From: an uncultured bacterium
GTDB lineage: Bacteria; Babelota; Babeliae; Babelales; Vermiphilaceae
DNA: 64,000 nt
Assembly (NCBI GenBank): GCA_963707655.1
Contig: OY970172.1
Coordinates: forward strand, 480,001-544,000
Direction of reading: 5' to 3'
This document shows positions 51,330-60,411 of the stretch, in pieces. Numbering within the stretch: the stretch's first letter is position 1; each line of letters opens with the position of its first letter. Below the pieces are notes generated by a model, which was given only the letters and a program-made list of their open reading frames with translations, did no database searches and was not told where the DNA came from. The position numbers and the translations under genes were made by a program.

Positions 51330-51929
51330 ATGGCTAAAGTAGATATGGCACTCATCCAAAAACTACGAGATATTACCGGCCTTGGTATGATGGATTGCAA
51401 AAAGGCTCTGGAAGAAACAGACGGGGATGTAGAAAAAGCAGTTGAACTACTCCGCAAAAAAGGGGCTGCCATTGCATCTAAAAGATCTGACAAGAGCACT
51501 GCTGAAGGCCTTGTTCACGCTTACATTCATCCCGGCGCACGCGTTGGTGTTATGATTGAAGTAAATTGTGAAACTGATTTTGTTGCCAATACCGATGCCA
51601 TTAAACAATTCGCTAGCGACATATGCATGCATATTGCTGCATTAAAACCACTCTACCTTGCACCTGAAAATGTTGATGCCAAGTTTGTTGAGCTTGAAAA
51701 AAATATTTTTGCCGAGCAACTCAAAACATCAGGAAAACCTGAAAAAGTTATCAATCAAATTCTTGAAGGCAAGATCAATAAGCTTTATGATGACATTTGC
51801 CTACTCAGACAAAAATTTGTAAAAAATGATCAATTGACCGTACAAGATTTGTTAAACGACTTGATGGCAAAAACAGGCGAGCGCATTCAAATTAAACGCT
51901 TTGCACGTTATGAAATTGGTGCCTATTAA
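51330..51929 (+). CDS. tsf: Elongation factor Ts (short form)
   Basis: LRDITGLGMMDCKKAL, EVNCETDFVA. Confidence 0.96.
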   Translation: MAKVDMALIQKLRDITGLGMMDCKKALEETDGDVEKAVELLRKKGAAIASKRSDKSTAEGLVHAYIHPGARVGVMIEVNCETDFVANTDAIKQFASDICMHIAALKPLYLAPENVDAKFVELEKNIFAEQLKTSGKPEKVINQILEGKINKLYDDICLLRQKFVKNDQLTVQDLLNDLMAKTGERIQIKRFARYEIGAY

Positions 51930-51950
51930 TTTTCAAAAAAAGGATTTGTC

Positions 51951-52544
51951 ATGGCAATACAACCTATTACACTCGTTGAAAACGATATAAAATCTTTTCA
52001 AACTCCTATGGAAGTTGAAATGGCAAAAGCCATTAAACATTTCGAAGGAGAATTAATCAAAATAAGAACCGGACGTGCGCACACATCTATGGTAGAAGAT
52101 TTACCAATCTCCTGCTATGGACAACCGCCAATGGCCCTTAAATCATACGCTGCCATTGCAGCTCCTGATGTTCGCCTTATTACTATTCAACCGTGGGACC
52201 TTACTCTGATTGATGAAATAGAAAAAGCTATTAAAAACTCAGATTTAGGCATTAATCCAACCAATGATGGCAAGGTTATCAAATTAGTTTTGCCTGAAAT
52301 GAGCAGCTCTCGCCGCGATGATTTGGTAAAAATATTGGGCAAAAAGCTTGAGGAATGCAAAATCTCTATTCGCAACGTGCGCAAAGATTTTCACAATATC
52401 ATGCGCGATGCAAAAAAAGATAAAAAGATATCAGAAAACTTTTATAGCCGGCTTGATGATACATTACAAAAAGTTACCGACAACTACACATCAAAAGCTG
52501 ATGCTTTAAATGATAAAAAAGAAAAAGAAATAAGATCTTTTTAA
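51951..52544 (+). CDS. frr: Ribosome recycling factor
   Basis: IRTGRA, IQPWD, LGINPTNDG, IRNVR. Confidence 0.95.
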   Translation: MAIQPITLVENDIKSFQTPMEVEMAKAIKHFEGELIKIRTGRAHTSMVEDLPISCYGQPPMALKSYAAIAAPDVRLITIQPWDLTLIDEIEKAIKNSDLGINPTNDGKVIKLVLPEMSSSRRDDLVKILGKKLEECKISIRNVRKDFHNIMRDAKKDKKISENFYSRLDDTLQKVTDNYTSKADALNDKKEKEIRSF

Positions 52545-52622
52545 GATTATCTGATTAATATCTTTATTTTCTCTCTTCTTTTGTTAGACTATTGTGCAGT
52601 AATAGAAAGCATTGAAATACAC

Positions 52623-52698
52623 GGGCTGCTAGCTCAATTGGCAGAGCAACAGACTCTTAATCTGTGGGTTCTTGGTTCGATTCCAAGGCAGCCCACCA
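52623..52698 (+). tRNA. tRNA-Lys(CTT)
   Basis: GGGCTGC acceptor stem; anticodon arm ACAGA-CTCTTAA-TCTGT; GGTTCGA T-loop; encoded CCA. Confidence 0.95.
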
Positions 52699-53025
52699 GC
52701 CTACGCCGAGGCTACGGCTGGCAGAGCCATTTCTTCTGAGGAAGAAAATTGACATTTATAGCAAAATCGTAGGCTGTCCGCCGAAGCTTGCCGAGTCTAA
52801 AATAGTGCTCCTTCAAAGAGCACCAGACCCGGATAAGCGAAGGCTGGACCTGAACGCCAAGGCTTCGTATGGCAGGCCAGTTCCTTTAGATGAAAAATTA
52901 GCCTCAAAAAAAATGAAGCAGGCTTGTTCTTCGTAGCTCTGTACTTTTGTACATCAAAGGTGTTTACTGGTCATAGCCCATATAAACAACCGCTGGCTTA
53001 GTTAAAGCGGAAAGAGCGAAGTAGA
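52696..53025. repeat. Cluster of nested palindromic REP-like elements between the two tRNAs
   Basis: ccagcctacgccgaggctacggctgg; gtccgccgaagctt...aagcgaaggctggac; cctgaacgccaaggcttcgtatggcagg; ttcttcgtagctct...agagcgaagtagaa. Confidence 0.6.
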
Positions 53026-53051
53026 AAGAGCAGATTTATTAGTCCACCTAA

Positions 53052-53138
53052 GCAAGAGTGGCGAAATTGGTAGACGCGCTGGACTTAGGATCCAGTTCCC
53101 GAAAGGGAGTGGGGGTTCGATTCCCTTCTCTTGCACCA
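53052..53138 (+). tRNA. tRNA-Leu(TAG)
   Basis: Anticodon arm CTGGA-CTTAGGA-TCCAG; long variable arm; GGTTCGA; CCA. Confidence 0.95.
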
Positions 53139-53154
53139 AAAAAAGGAAGAGAGC

Positions 53155-54480
53155 ATGGAGATATTAATGAAGCAAGGCCACCATGAAGCAGAAGCATTGG
53201 AATTTAATTTTCATCAGCAAACCCCTACTCTGTGGTATGCGCAGATCAATGCACCGCGCGAATTAGTCAGCTTTATCTATCATGAAGCAATTAAAAATCA
53301 GCAACATGATATGCACACTGCCGGCTTTGCCAAAGGCACCGTTCCTTTTGAATATATAGAACAGGCATTAAAAGCAACCCTTGTTTCTCATGTTAAAGAT
53401 TTCCTTCTCTCTTTTTGCGTAAGTAGTTCACTCTATGAAGAGCTGCGCAATCGCAAAATTATCGTCGCCGGCACACCCCGTTTACATTCACTTGATATAA
53501 ATCCGCCGCATCACGCATCATTTACCTTTGAATTATCTACGATAGCCCCTATCGCTTTGCATGATTGGCAATATTTTCCTTTCAAGACCCCAAAAAGAAA
53601 AAATTACAAAGATCTGGATCGGCAAGTAGAACTCTTTATCAAAGAAGAAAAAGACAATCTCAAAGATTATATGATCACTACCATAGATGTTGGTGACTGG
53701 GTATGTTGTGATATTGCTCTTGCGAAAAACAATGAAGCCGCATCATTTTTGCCTCATATTAAAGAAACTGTATGGCTTCGTCTGGGTGATGAAGAGGCTG
53801 ACGCACCATTAAGAGATGTTTTTCTTAATAAACAATTACATCAACAATTCATATCACACAGCCCTGCCCTACAGGAATATTTTAGCCCGCATCTTGCCAC
53901 AAAATATAATTTTATTGTCACCATTAAAGAAATAGTGAAAAATTCATTTTTCTGCCTGGAAGAATTTAAGCGTCATTTTAAGCTTAAAACCAATAAAGAT
54001 GTAAATCTTAAATTAATTGAAGTTTTTTCTTATCGTAATGATTTATCGCTGCGCCGCACCATAGCAGAAGAATCGTTGAAATTGATGCTCACAAAACATA
54101 AATTTGAAGCCCCTCTCCATTCTATTTTGCGCCAGCAACAACTCTTGCTTGAAACCATTCAGATGAATCCTGATTATCATGTATATCGGGTACAGAAAGA
54201 TTTTCAATCGTGCGTCAGGCAACTGGCAGAAAAACAGGCTAAAGAAGCATTGTTCATTGATCATGTCGCCTACCAAGATACTATCAACGTCAACAGTGCC
54301 GACATCAAAAGCTACCTTACCCTAACGCAACGACCACGCATGAAAGAATTTATTTATTTTGAATTGATGTCGACCAAGTATCAAGGTCGCGAAACCCCTA
54401 TTACTTCGCAGGCCCTTAAACAAATCTGCCTCAGAGAAAAGACATTAAATCATATTATCCATTATCTCACTAAAAAATAG
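53155..54480 (+). CDS. tig: Trigger factor-like protein (divergent)
   Basis: GFAKGTVP resembles the GFRxGxxP signature; GDWVCCD FKBP start; typical size; follows tRNA-Leu. Confidence 0.7.
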   Translation: MEILMKQGHHEAEALEFNFHQQTPTLWYAQINAPRELVSFIYHEAIKNQQHDMHTAGFAKGTVPFEYIEQALKATLVSHVKDFLLSFCVSSSLYEELRNRKIIVAGTPRLHSLDINPPHHASFTFELSTIAPIALHDWQYFPFKTPKRKNYKDLDRQVELFIKEEKDNLKDYMITTIDVGDWVCCDIALAKNNEAASFLPHIKETVWLRLGDEEADAPLRDVFLNKQLHQQFISHSPALQEYFSPHLATKYNFIVTIKEIVKNSFFCLEEFKRHFKLKTNKDVNLKLIEVFSYRNDLSLRRTIAEESLKLMLTKHKFEAPLHSILRQQQLLLETIQMNPDYHVYRVQKDFQSCVRQLAEKQAKEALFIDHVAYQDTINVNSADIKSYLTLTQRPRMKEFIYFELMSTKYQGRETPITSQALKQICLREKTLNHIIHYLTKK

Positions 54481-54490
54481 GAGCCTTTTT

Positions 54491-55423
54491 ATGGATAATA
54501 CAACCCATCATCCCCTTATTATTATCGGTTCCGGTCCTGCCGGCTTAACTGCCGCAATCTACGCCGGACGTGCCAATGTATCTCCCCTGGTTATTGACGG
54601 TGACGATCCTGGTGGGCAACTTATGGGTACTTCGATTGTTGAAAATTGGCCCGGAGAGAAAAGCATTTTGGGCCCCCAGCTCATAATGAATATGCGAGAA
54701 CAGGCAGAAATCAATGGTGCCTCTTTTATGGGAGACATGGTCACCGCCGTTGATCTAAGCACAAAGCCCTTTATCTTACAGACACGTAACAACAAGCAAC
54801 TTACTGCCGATTCGATCCTGATTGCAACGGGAGCCCGCCCAAAAAAAATTGGCTGCTCTGGGGAAAATGAATATTGGGGCAAGGGAGTAACCACCTGCGC
54901 CGTTTGTGATGGCAATTTTTATAAAGACAAAGCGGTTATTGTAGTTGGTGGCGGGGATACCGCCATGGAAAATGCCTCATTTTTAACAAAATTTACCGAT
55001 AAAATCACTATTATCCACCTTCGTGACAAGCTAACCGCTTCAATGGCCATGCAAGAAAAGGTGATTAACAACCCTCACATCAAAATAATCTATAATAGCA
55101 CCGTGCAAGCAATCACCGGTAACGGAAGTCATGTAACCGGCGCACGCATCATTAATCAGCAAACCGGTGCCGCACATGATATGGCGGTTGATGGGGTCTT
55201 TGTATCGGTCGGCCTGAGTCCCAATACTAAAATCTTCGAAAATCAGCTTGAAACGACCCCATACGGCTTCCTGAAAATCACTGATGAAACCAAAACATCG
55301 GTCGCCGGGGTGTTCGCCGCCGGGGATGTCTTTGACTGCAAATACCGTCAAGCAATAGTGGCCGCCGGTTCAGGGTGCAAGGCTGCTCTTGATGCCGAAC
55401 ATTACCTGAAAAATATTATTTGA
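54491..55423 (+). CDS. trxB: Thioredoxin reductase
   Basis: IIGSGPAGLTAA, CAVCDG, GGGDTA, FAAGDV. Confidence 0.96.
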   Translation: MDNTTHHPLIIIGSGPAGLTAAIYAGRANVSPLVIDGDDPGGQLMGTSIVENWPGEKSILGPQLIMNMREQAEINGASFMGDMVTAVDLSTKPFILQTRNNKQLTADSILIATGARPKKIGCSGENEYWGKGVTTCAVCDGNFYKDKAVIVVGGGDTAMENASFLTKFTDKITIIHLRDKLTASMAMQEKVINNPHIKIIYNSTVQAITGNGSHVTGARIINQQTGAAHDMAVDGVFVSVGLSPNTKIFENQLETTPYGFLKITDETKTSVAGVFAAGDVFDCKYRQAIVAAGSGCKAALDAEHYLKNII

Positions 55424-55587
55424 ACACTCATATTGAAAAAAAGCGATTTTAGCGTAAAATAAGGTAAGAGTTTATCTTGTTTTCAATTTCCCCCGCACAC
55501 TCACTGGTGTATTAGGGATAAAAATGAGTGGTAATTTCAAATTTTCATAATAACAATATATCTGATAGCATTTTATAGGGAAACATC

Positions 55588-55731
55588 ATGTCAGTTACTT
55601 TTTTTAGAAAGAGCCGTAAAAAAAGAAATAAAAAACACGGTTTTCGTAAAAGAATGGCAACACGTCACGGAAGAAAAATTCTTAATAAGCGTCGCGCCAA
55701 GGGTAAAAAACGTTTGGCAGTTAGTGCTTAA
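55588..55731 (+). CDS. rpmH: 50S ribosomal protein L34 (not in the ORF track)
   Basis: [47 protein letters not shown]; directly upstream of rnpA. Confidence 0.95.
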   Translation: MSVTFFRKSRKKRNKKHGFRKRMATRHGRKILNKRRAKGKKRLAVSA

Positions 55732-55771
55732 TCACTAATTCTACCTCCAAACAGATACAGCTTAATATTCA

Positions 55772-56140
55772 ATGAAATCAATCCCCAAAAGATTATCTCA
55801 TTTTGGTAAAAACGAGGTTTCGCGATTTTTTAAAACGGCAAAGCGCGGTTTTAAGAATCCAAACCTCGATATTTTACTTCTTCCCCAAGCGCACGATTCA
55901 GGAAGAATCTTGGCAGTCATTTCTGCTAAAATCGCTCCGGCACACTTACGCAATTTTATACGCAGAAGATTGAAAGCGATCTTCTATGAAGAAAAACTAT
56001 TCCTGCTGGGATATGATTTTATCATCATCACCAAAACAGCGGGTCTCCATCTCCCCTTCCAAAAACTTAAAGAAGTAACGCTTCTTGGCGTGGCCCGCGC
56101 TGTTGCTTCAATGAATAATCACAAAGAATTATCACAATAA
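55772..56140 (+). CDS. rnpA: RNase P protein component
   Basis: K...AHLRNFIRRRLK RNR-like motif; follows rpmH. Confidence 0.88.
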   Translation: MKSIPKRLSHFGKNEVSRFFKTAKRGFKNPNLDILLLPQAHDSGRILAVISAKIAPAHLRNFIRRRLKAIFYEEKLFLLGYDFIIITKTAGLHLPFQKLKEVTLLGVARAVASMNNHKELSQ

Positions 56141-57541
56141 ATCCCCTGCCAATCTACTCAGCTCGCTGCGCTCGCTTGTTTCAAGATATACGCTGCCAAA
56201 AAGCTTTTGATTTTTAAATTTCTCACTCGTTACCACCAATCCATTGCTGCTAAAATCAAGATACGGAGAATCTATCTGATAAGGGTCACCGGCAAGAATA
56301 ATTTTACTGCCCTCTCCTACACGGCTCACCAGAGTTTTTACTTCGTGAGGAGTTAAATTTTGCACTTCATCAATAAGAATAAATTGATATGGTATGGAGC
56401 GGCCACGCATATACGTAATCGCTTCGAGGCTTAATTTGTCGTGACGGACAAGATCCTGAATCGGCCCAAGGCCGGCAGCATCAACATGGCGATCTTGTTT
56501 AAAAAAGCGTTTTTTGCCGTTGCCATTGCGCCGATGTTTGTTTTCGTGGTACTCGTCTTCAACATGTTGCATATGCTCATTTGCTTGGCCCGCATGTACA
56601 ATAAAATCGATATTGTCATAAATAGGCAGCATCCAGCTTTGCAATTTTTCTTCAAGCGTACCGGGCAAATAGCCAATATCTTTACCAAGAGGAACAATGG
56701 GGCGCGATATTAAAATTTTTCTATAAATATCTTCAACCAATACTTTGTGTAACCCTGCTAAAAGCGCCAAGAATGTTTTTCCTGTTCCGGCAGGACCAAA
56801 CAGACTCACAAAAGGAATGGAATCATCGAGCAATAAATGGAGCGCCATTAACTGCTGTGGGTTACGTGACTTTAAGGACCATTTAAAAAGTGGCTCCTCA
56901 ACCGATTCAAAATGATTGTTTCCTTTGTAGCAAAAAATACGGTAGTTGTAAGGATTGTTCTGACTTTCAACCAACACAAATTCATTCATGGTGAATTTGT
57001 AATCCTGAGCAAATTCTTTGAGCATATCAGGAACATCTTTTTTCAGCTGTATAGAAGGAACAGATACCTTGACCCATCCTCTATAAAAACTATCTTGCGA
57101 AATATGCTCTTTAACATAATCCTCGGCAGCCAGACCCAATGTATCTGCCTTTACCCGCGCATTTAAATCTTTAGAGATAAAAATAACTTCATAACCGCTG
57201 CTTTTATATTCCAATGCGGTGAGTAGAATGCGATTATCGGCAATATTCATTTTAAAAGGAAGCGCAACTGTTTCAAGCGAGTGAGAGAATAATACTTTGA
57301 TCATGCCGCCGTTATCAAGCTGCACTCCGATGCCCAAACAACCCTGTGCACGCAGCGCATCAAGTTGACGAATTGCTTCACGCGTATTGCGGCCACGATC
57401 AGTGGTATCTTTTTTAAATTCATCAAGCTCTTCCAGCACTGTGGCGGGAATGCCAACAAACGCTCCTTCAAAAGCAAACATGGCGTGTGGATCATGCATT
57501 AATACATTAGTATCAAGAATATATAATTTTCGATTTACCAT
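56132..57541 (-). CDS. PIN-PhoH family protein (PhoH2/YlaK-like)
   Basis: PIN motif LDTNVL; GPAGTGKT; RGRS; DEVQN; GDPYQID. Confidence 0.93.
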   Translation of the reverse strand: MVNRKLYILDTNVLMHDPHAMFAFEGAFVGIPATVLEELDEFKKDTTDRGRNTREAIRQLDALRAQGCLGIGVQLDNGGMIKVLFSHSLETVALPFKMNIADNRILLTALEYKSSGYEVIFISKDLNARVKADTLGLAAEDYVKEHISQDSFYRGWVKVSVPSIQLKKDVPDMLKEFAQDYKFTMNEFVLVESQNNPYNYRIFCYKGNNHFESVEEPLFKWSLKSRNPQQLMALHLLLDDSIPFVSLFGPAGTGKTFLALLAGLHKVLVEDIYRKILISRPIVPLGKDIGYLPGTLEEKLQSWMLPIYDNIDFIVHAGQANEHMQHVEDEYHENKHRRNGNGKKRFFKQDRHVDAAGLGPIQDLVRHDKLSLEAITYMRGRSIPYQFILIDEVQNLTPHEVKTLVSRVGEGSKIILAGDPYQIDSPYLDFSSNGLVVTSEKFKNQKLFGSVYLETSERSELSRLAGDLL

Positions 57542-57828
57542 TATTCTGCTCTTCTTTTTTTTGTAAGTTTTATGGTTTCTGCTTCACCTACTTACCTGCA
57601 TCCTACCATACCACTAGTGGTCAATCAACGAATGAAGACAATGATAAAAATAGACCTATAACAACGGGAAAAATGATGAAAAATCATGCCGTTTGGCGAA
57701 GGTCAAGCATATCATTATGTGTAGGCATTTGATTCTGCAAATCCGCTACAAAAAGTTTGCACGACCAAGAAAAACAAGCTAATCTGTTTTCAATTTTTTA
57801 TTCAACACTCTATAAAAAGGATCGAGCA

Positions 57829-58266
57829 ATGAAGAAAATTATATCTGCTTTAGTTATTTTGCAGACTACTACCACGCTTGGCATGCATTTCGTTCCCGCG
57901 CTCGTAGCAGGAACAACACCGCTCACCATACCGGCAGCCTATTATTGGAAAAAGAACTTGAACAATACTGACCCGGCTAAAGATACCTGGAGACCCTTTG
58001 TACAAGCCGCAGTTTATGGGATGGTCCCGGGGATCAATATAGGCTTGGCACTAATTCTTGGTGTCGGTGGTGCACTATACGCGGCAGAAGATAGATTAAA
58101 CCACTGGGCAGCATACGAAGAAGCGCGCCCCTTATTTCTCGAAGAAAAAGAGAAAGCTACGGCCATAGGATTTCTTAGTGGCATTTCACTGTATGCGGCC
58201 ATTCCTCTTGCGTTGAAGGCATTTAAAAAAGAAGCACTCAATGCCGCCATGAAACCAAAATTATAA
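57829..58266 (+). CDS. Hypothetical secreted/membrane protein
   Basis: AAGGA RBS; signal peptide ending TLG-MH; two hydrophobic helices. Confidence 0.6.
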   Translation: MKKIISALVILQTTTTLGMHFVPALVAGTTPLTIPAAYYWKKNLNNTDPAKDTWRPFVQAAVYGMVPGINIGLALILGVGGALYAAEDRLNHWAAYEEARPLFLEEKEKATAIGFLSGISLYAAIPLALKAFKKEALNAAMKPKL

Positions 58267-58375
58267 GAGAAAAATTGAGCGACAATAAAAAACTCTAGAC
58301 AAGTTTTTAGCCAATTACATATTTTAAACAGCAGTGTGTAAAAAGAGTTACGAGTAGTTGCAAGGAGAAAAAAGT

Positions 58376-59245
58376 ATGAACAATACTCTACAATATCATC
58401 ATATGATACGTACATTGCGTCATTTCTTTCAAGACAAAAAAGGATTTATAGAAGTTCCCGCCCAATCGCGCGTCTCTATTCTAGCCGCCTGCGAACAACC
58501 AAAAACAATCACTCCGTATACCATCGGAGGTAAAACATACCCACTGCCACAGACAGGACAAATGTGGCTGGAATACGAATTATTAAAACACCCGGAATTT
58601 CTGGGTGTTTTTTGTATAACCACCAGTTATCGCGATGAACCGAATCCCATTGAAGGGCGCCATCAGCGTGTTTTCCCCATGTTTGAATTTGAATCACATG
58701 GGGGTTTTGAGGAGCTCAAAAAACTGGAAGAAGAACTATTGTTGCATTTAGGCTTTGAAATGCCTATCAATATAGAATATTCTTTTGCTGCGCAGCGCTA
58801 TGAAACTGAGATCTTAGAAGCAATTCATGAAACGGCACTTGAAAAAGAATATTCCAGCGTTATCAGCCTTGAGCATTTTCCCGAATATACCAACCCTTTC
58901 TGGAACATGAAGCGGGGCACATCAGGTTTATACAATAAAATTGATGTGTTGCTCCACGGTATGGAAACCATCGGCTCTGCCGAACGCGAAACCGATGTCC
59001 AGTGGATGAGAGAGCGCTTCTTCACTATTGAGCAGGGAGAATACGCCCATCTATTGTTCAGCAAATTTGGTAAAGAACGGGTAATGGCAGAACTTGATGC
59101 ATACCTTGCATTGCCCATGATATCACGCTTTGGCGGTGGCATTGGACTCACCCGTCTTGCGCGTGCTATGGAACTGTCTGGATTGTTTAATAAATCAAAA
59201 ACTATTTACAAAACACAAATAATCGGATCACAAATCTCATTGTAA
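58376..59245 (+). CDS. Class II aaRS paralog lacking the anticodon domain (AsnRS2/asparagine synthetase-like)
   Basis: LPQTGQMWLE, motif 2 SYRDE...RH..FPMFEFE, ETIGSAER, motif 3 GGGIGLTRL; only about 290 aa. Confidence 0.8.
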   Translation: MNNTLQYHHMIRTLRHFFQDKKGFIEVPAQSRVSILAACEQPKTITPYTIGGKTYPLPQTGQMWLEYELLKHPEFLGVFCITTSYRDEPNPIEGRHQRVFPMFEFESHGGFEELKKLEEELLLHLGFEMPINIEYSFAAQRYETEILEAIHETALEKEYSSVISLEHFPEYTNPFWNMKRGTSGLYNKIDVLLHGMETIGSAERETDVQWMRERFFTIEQGEYAHLLFSKFGKERVMAELDAYLALPMISRFGGGIGLTRLARAMELSGLFNKSKTIYKTQIIGSQISL

Positions 59246-59276
59246 TACAGGAATTTTGGGTCATAGAATTTTTATT

Positions 59277-60404
59277 CTATGACCCGGATGCATCTGCCTG
59301 TTCAGAGAGATAGCGCGAGGCAAGATATGGGTCGTGCATCGCACCGGTACCGCTCAAAACAATATCGGCACCCAGATCAAAAAATTCTTTAAAATGTTCT
59401 GTGCTTGTTATACCGCCGGTAGCAAGAATGATCAGATCAAGATTATCTTGCATAATAATCTCACGAGCATCAACAATAAATTGTTTTGCCAGGGTGCGAA
59501 TTGGCGCACCGGAAAGGCCACTCGTAATACGACCGGTCCCAAAAAACGGTACGCCCTGAGCAGTGACAATTTTTACCGGCACAGAATTAATCCCACATAT
59601 TGCCCGCGCACCGGCTTGGGCAGAGCTCTTTAAAATTTCTCTCATTTGTTCTTTGCTGTCAAAAACCCCAACTTTAATAATGATAGGAAGGGGAACAACA
59701 CGCTGCACGCACTGTATGATAGTATGAACCATAGCAGCATTTTTATAAAAAAATCCGTGCACAACATTGGGGCAGGAAAGATTCAATTCAATAATCTGTG
59801 CACCCGCCTCATATGCTAGCTGAGCAGCAGCAGCAAAATCATGGGCGATGGTGTGCTCATCGGCCCCTCGACCAAACACAGAAACAATCAGCACTTGTCC
59901 TTCATGCAATGTCGCACGAGCCTGCGCAATATCATGCATTATTCCTTCAGGAGAATCTGAAGGATTACCCAGCGAATTGCTTATCGCGATCATGCTGGCA
60001 TCTTCCGGCGGTGTATCGGTTGCATAAAATGGTGCGCCAATATCATGATTACCGATCTGCCGGTTGCATGAAACATAGCAGATATTGGGCAATGGATGAC
60101 TGCGCACTTTACCGCTACAGATTGTTTTATAGGTGAGTACATCAAAGCCGAGCCCGGCTGCCAGCGCTATTCCTCTACTCGTCATTATGGCACAGGCGGG
60201 AATCCCTATTGGTGATATGATCGGGTATCCCAATAAAGAGCCCCATTGCGATCTTGGCGGCACATATCGTTGCGAAATAGAGCAATCAAGAGAAGATGTC
60301 TGTTTATAATTTTCCTCAAATGATTTGGTTATGTCATACAAATGAGCAGTGGCAGCAGTTGATGAAAGGCAAAGAATTATGCACAGAAAAAATAGCGGTA
60401 TCAT
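59277..60404 (-). CDS. Dihydroorotate dehydrogenase-like FMN enzyme with an N-terminal signal peptide
   Basis: TYKT, ELNLSCPN, GLSGAPI, TGGI; coupled to the UMP synthase gene. Confidence 0.85.
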   Translation of the reverse strand: MIPLFFLCIILCLSSTAATAHLYDITKSFEENYKQTSSLDCSISQRYVPPRSQWGSLLGYPIISPIGIPACAIMTSRGIALAAGLGFDVLTYKTICSGKVRSHPLPNICYVSCNRQIGNHDIGAPFYATDTPPEDASMIAISNSLGNPSDSPEGIMHDIAQARATLHEGQVLIVSVFGRGADEHTIAHDFAAAAQLAYEAGAQIIELNLSCPNVVHGFFYKNAAMVHTIIQCVQRVVPLPIIIKVGVFDSKEQMREILKSSAQAGARAICGINSVPVKIVTAQGVPFFGTGRITSGLSGAPIRTLAKQFIVDAREIIMQDNLDLIILATGGITSTEHFKEFFDLGADIVLSGTGAMHDPYLASRYLSEQADASGS

Positions 60405-60411
60405 AATTTCC

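Noticed and set aside
52664..52936. 90-aa ORF
   Set aside because: Overlaps tRNA-Lys and consists of palindromic repeat sequence.
52623..53138. Prophage or island integration at the tRNAs
   Set aside because: No integrase and no duplicated tRNA 3' end found in the window.
55424..55587. Replication origin upstream of rpmH
   Set aside because: No dnaA nearby and no DnaA-box cluster seen.
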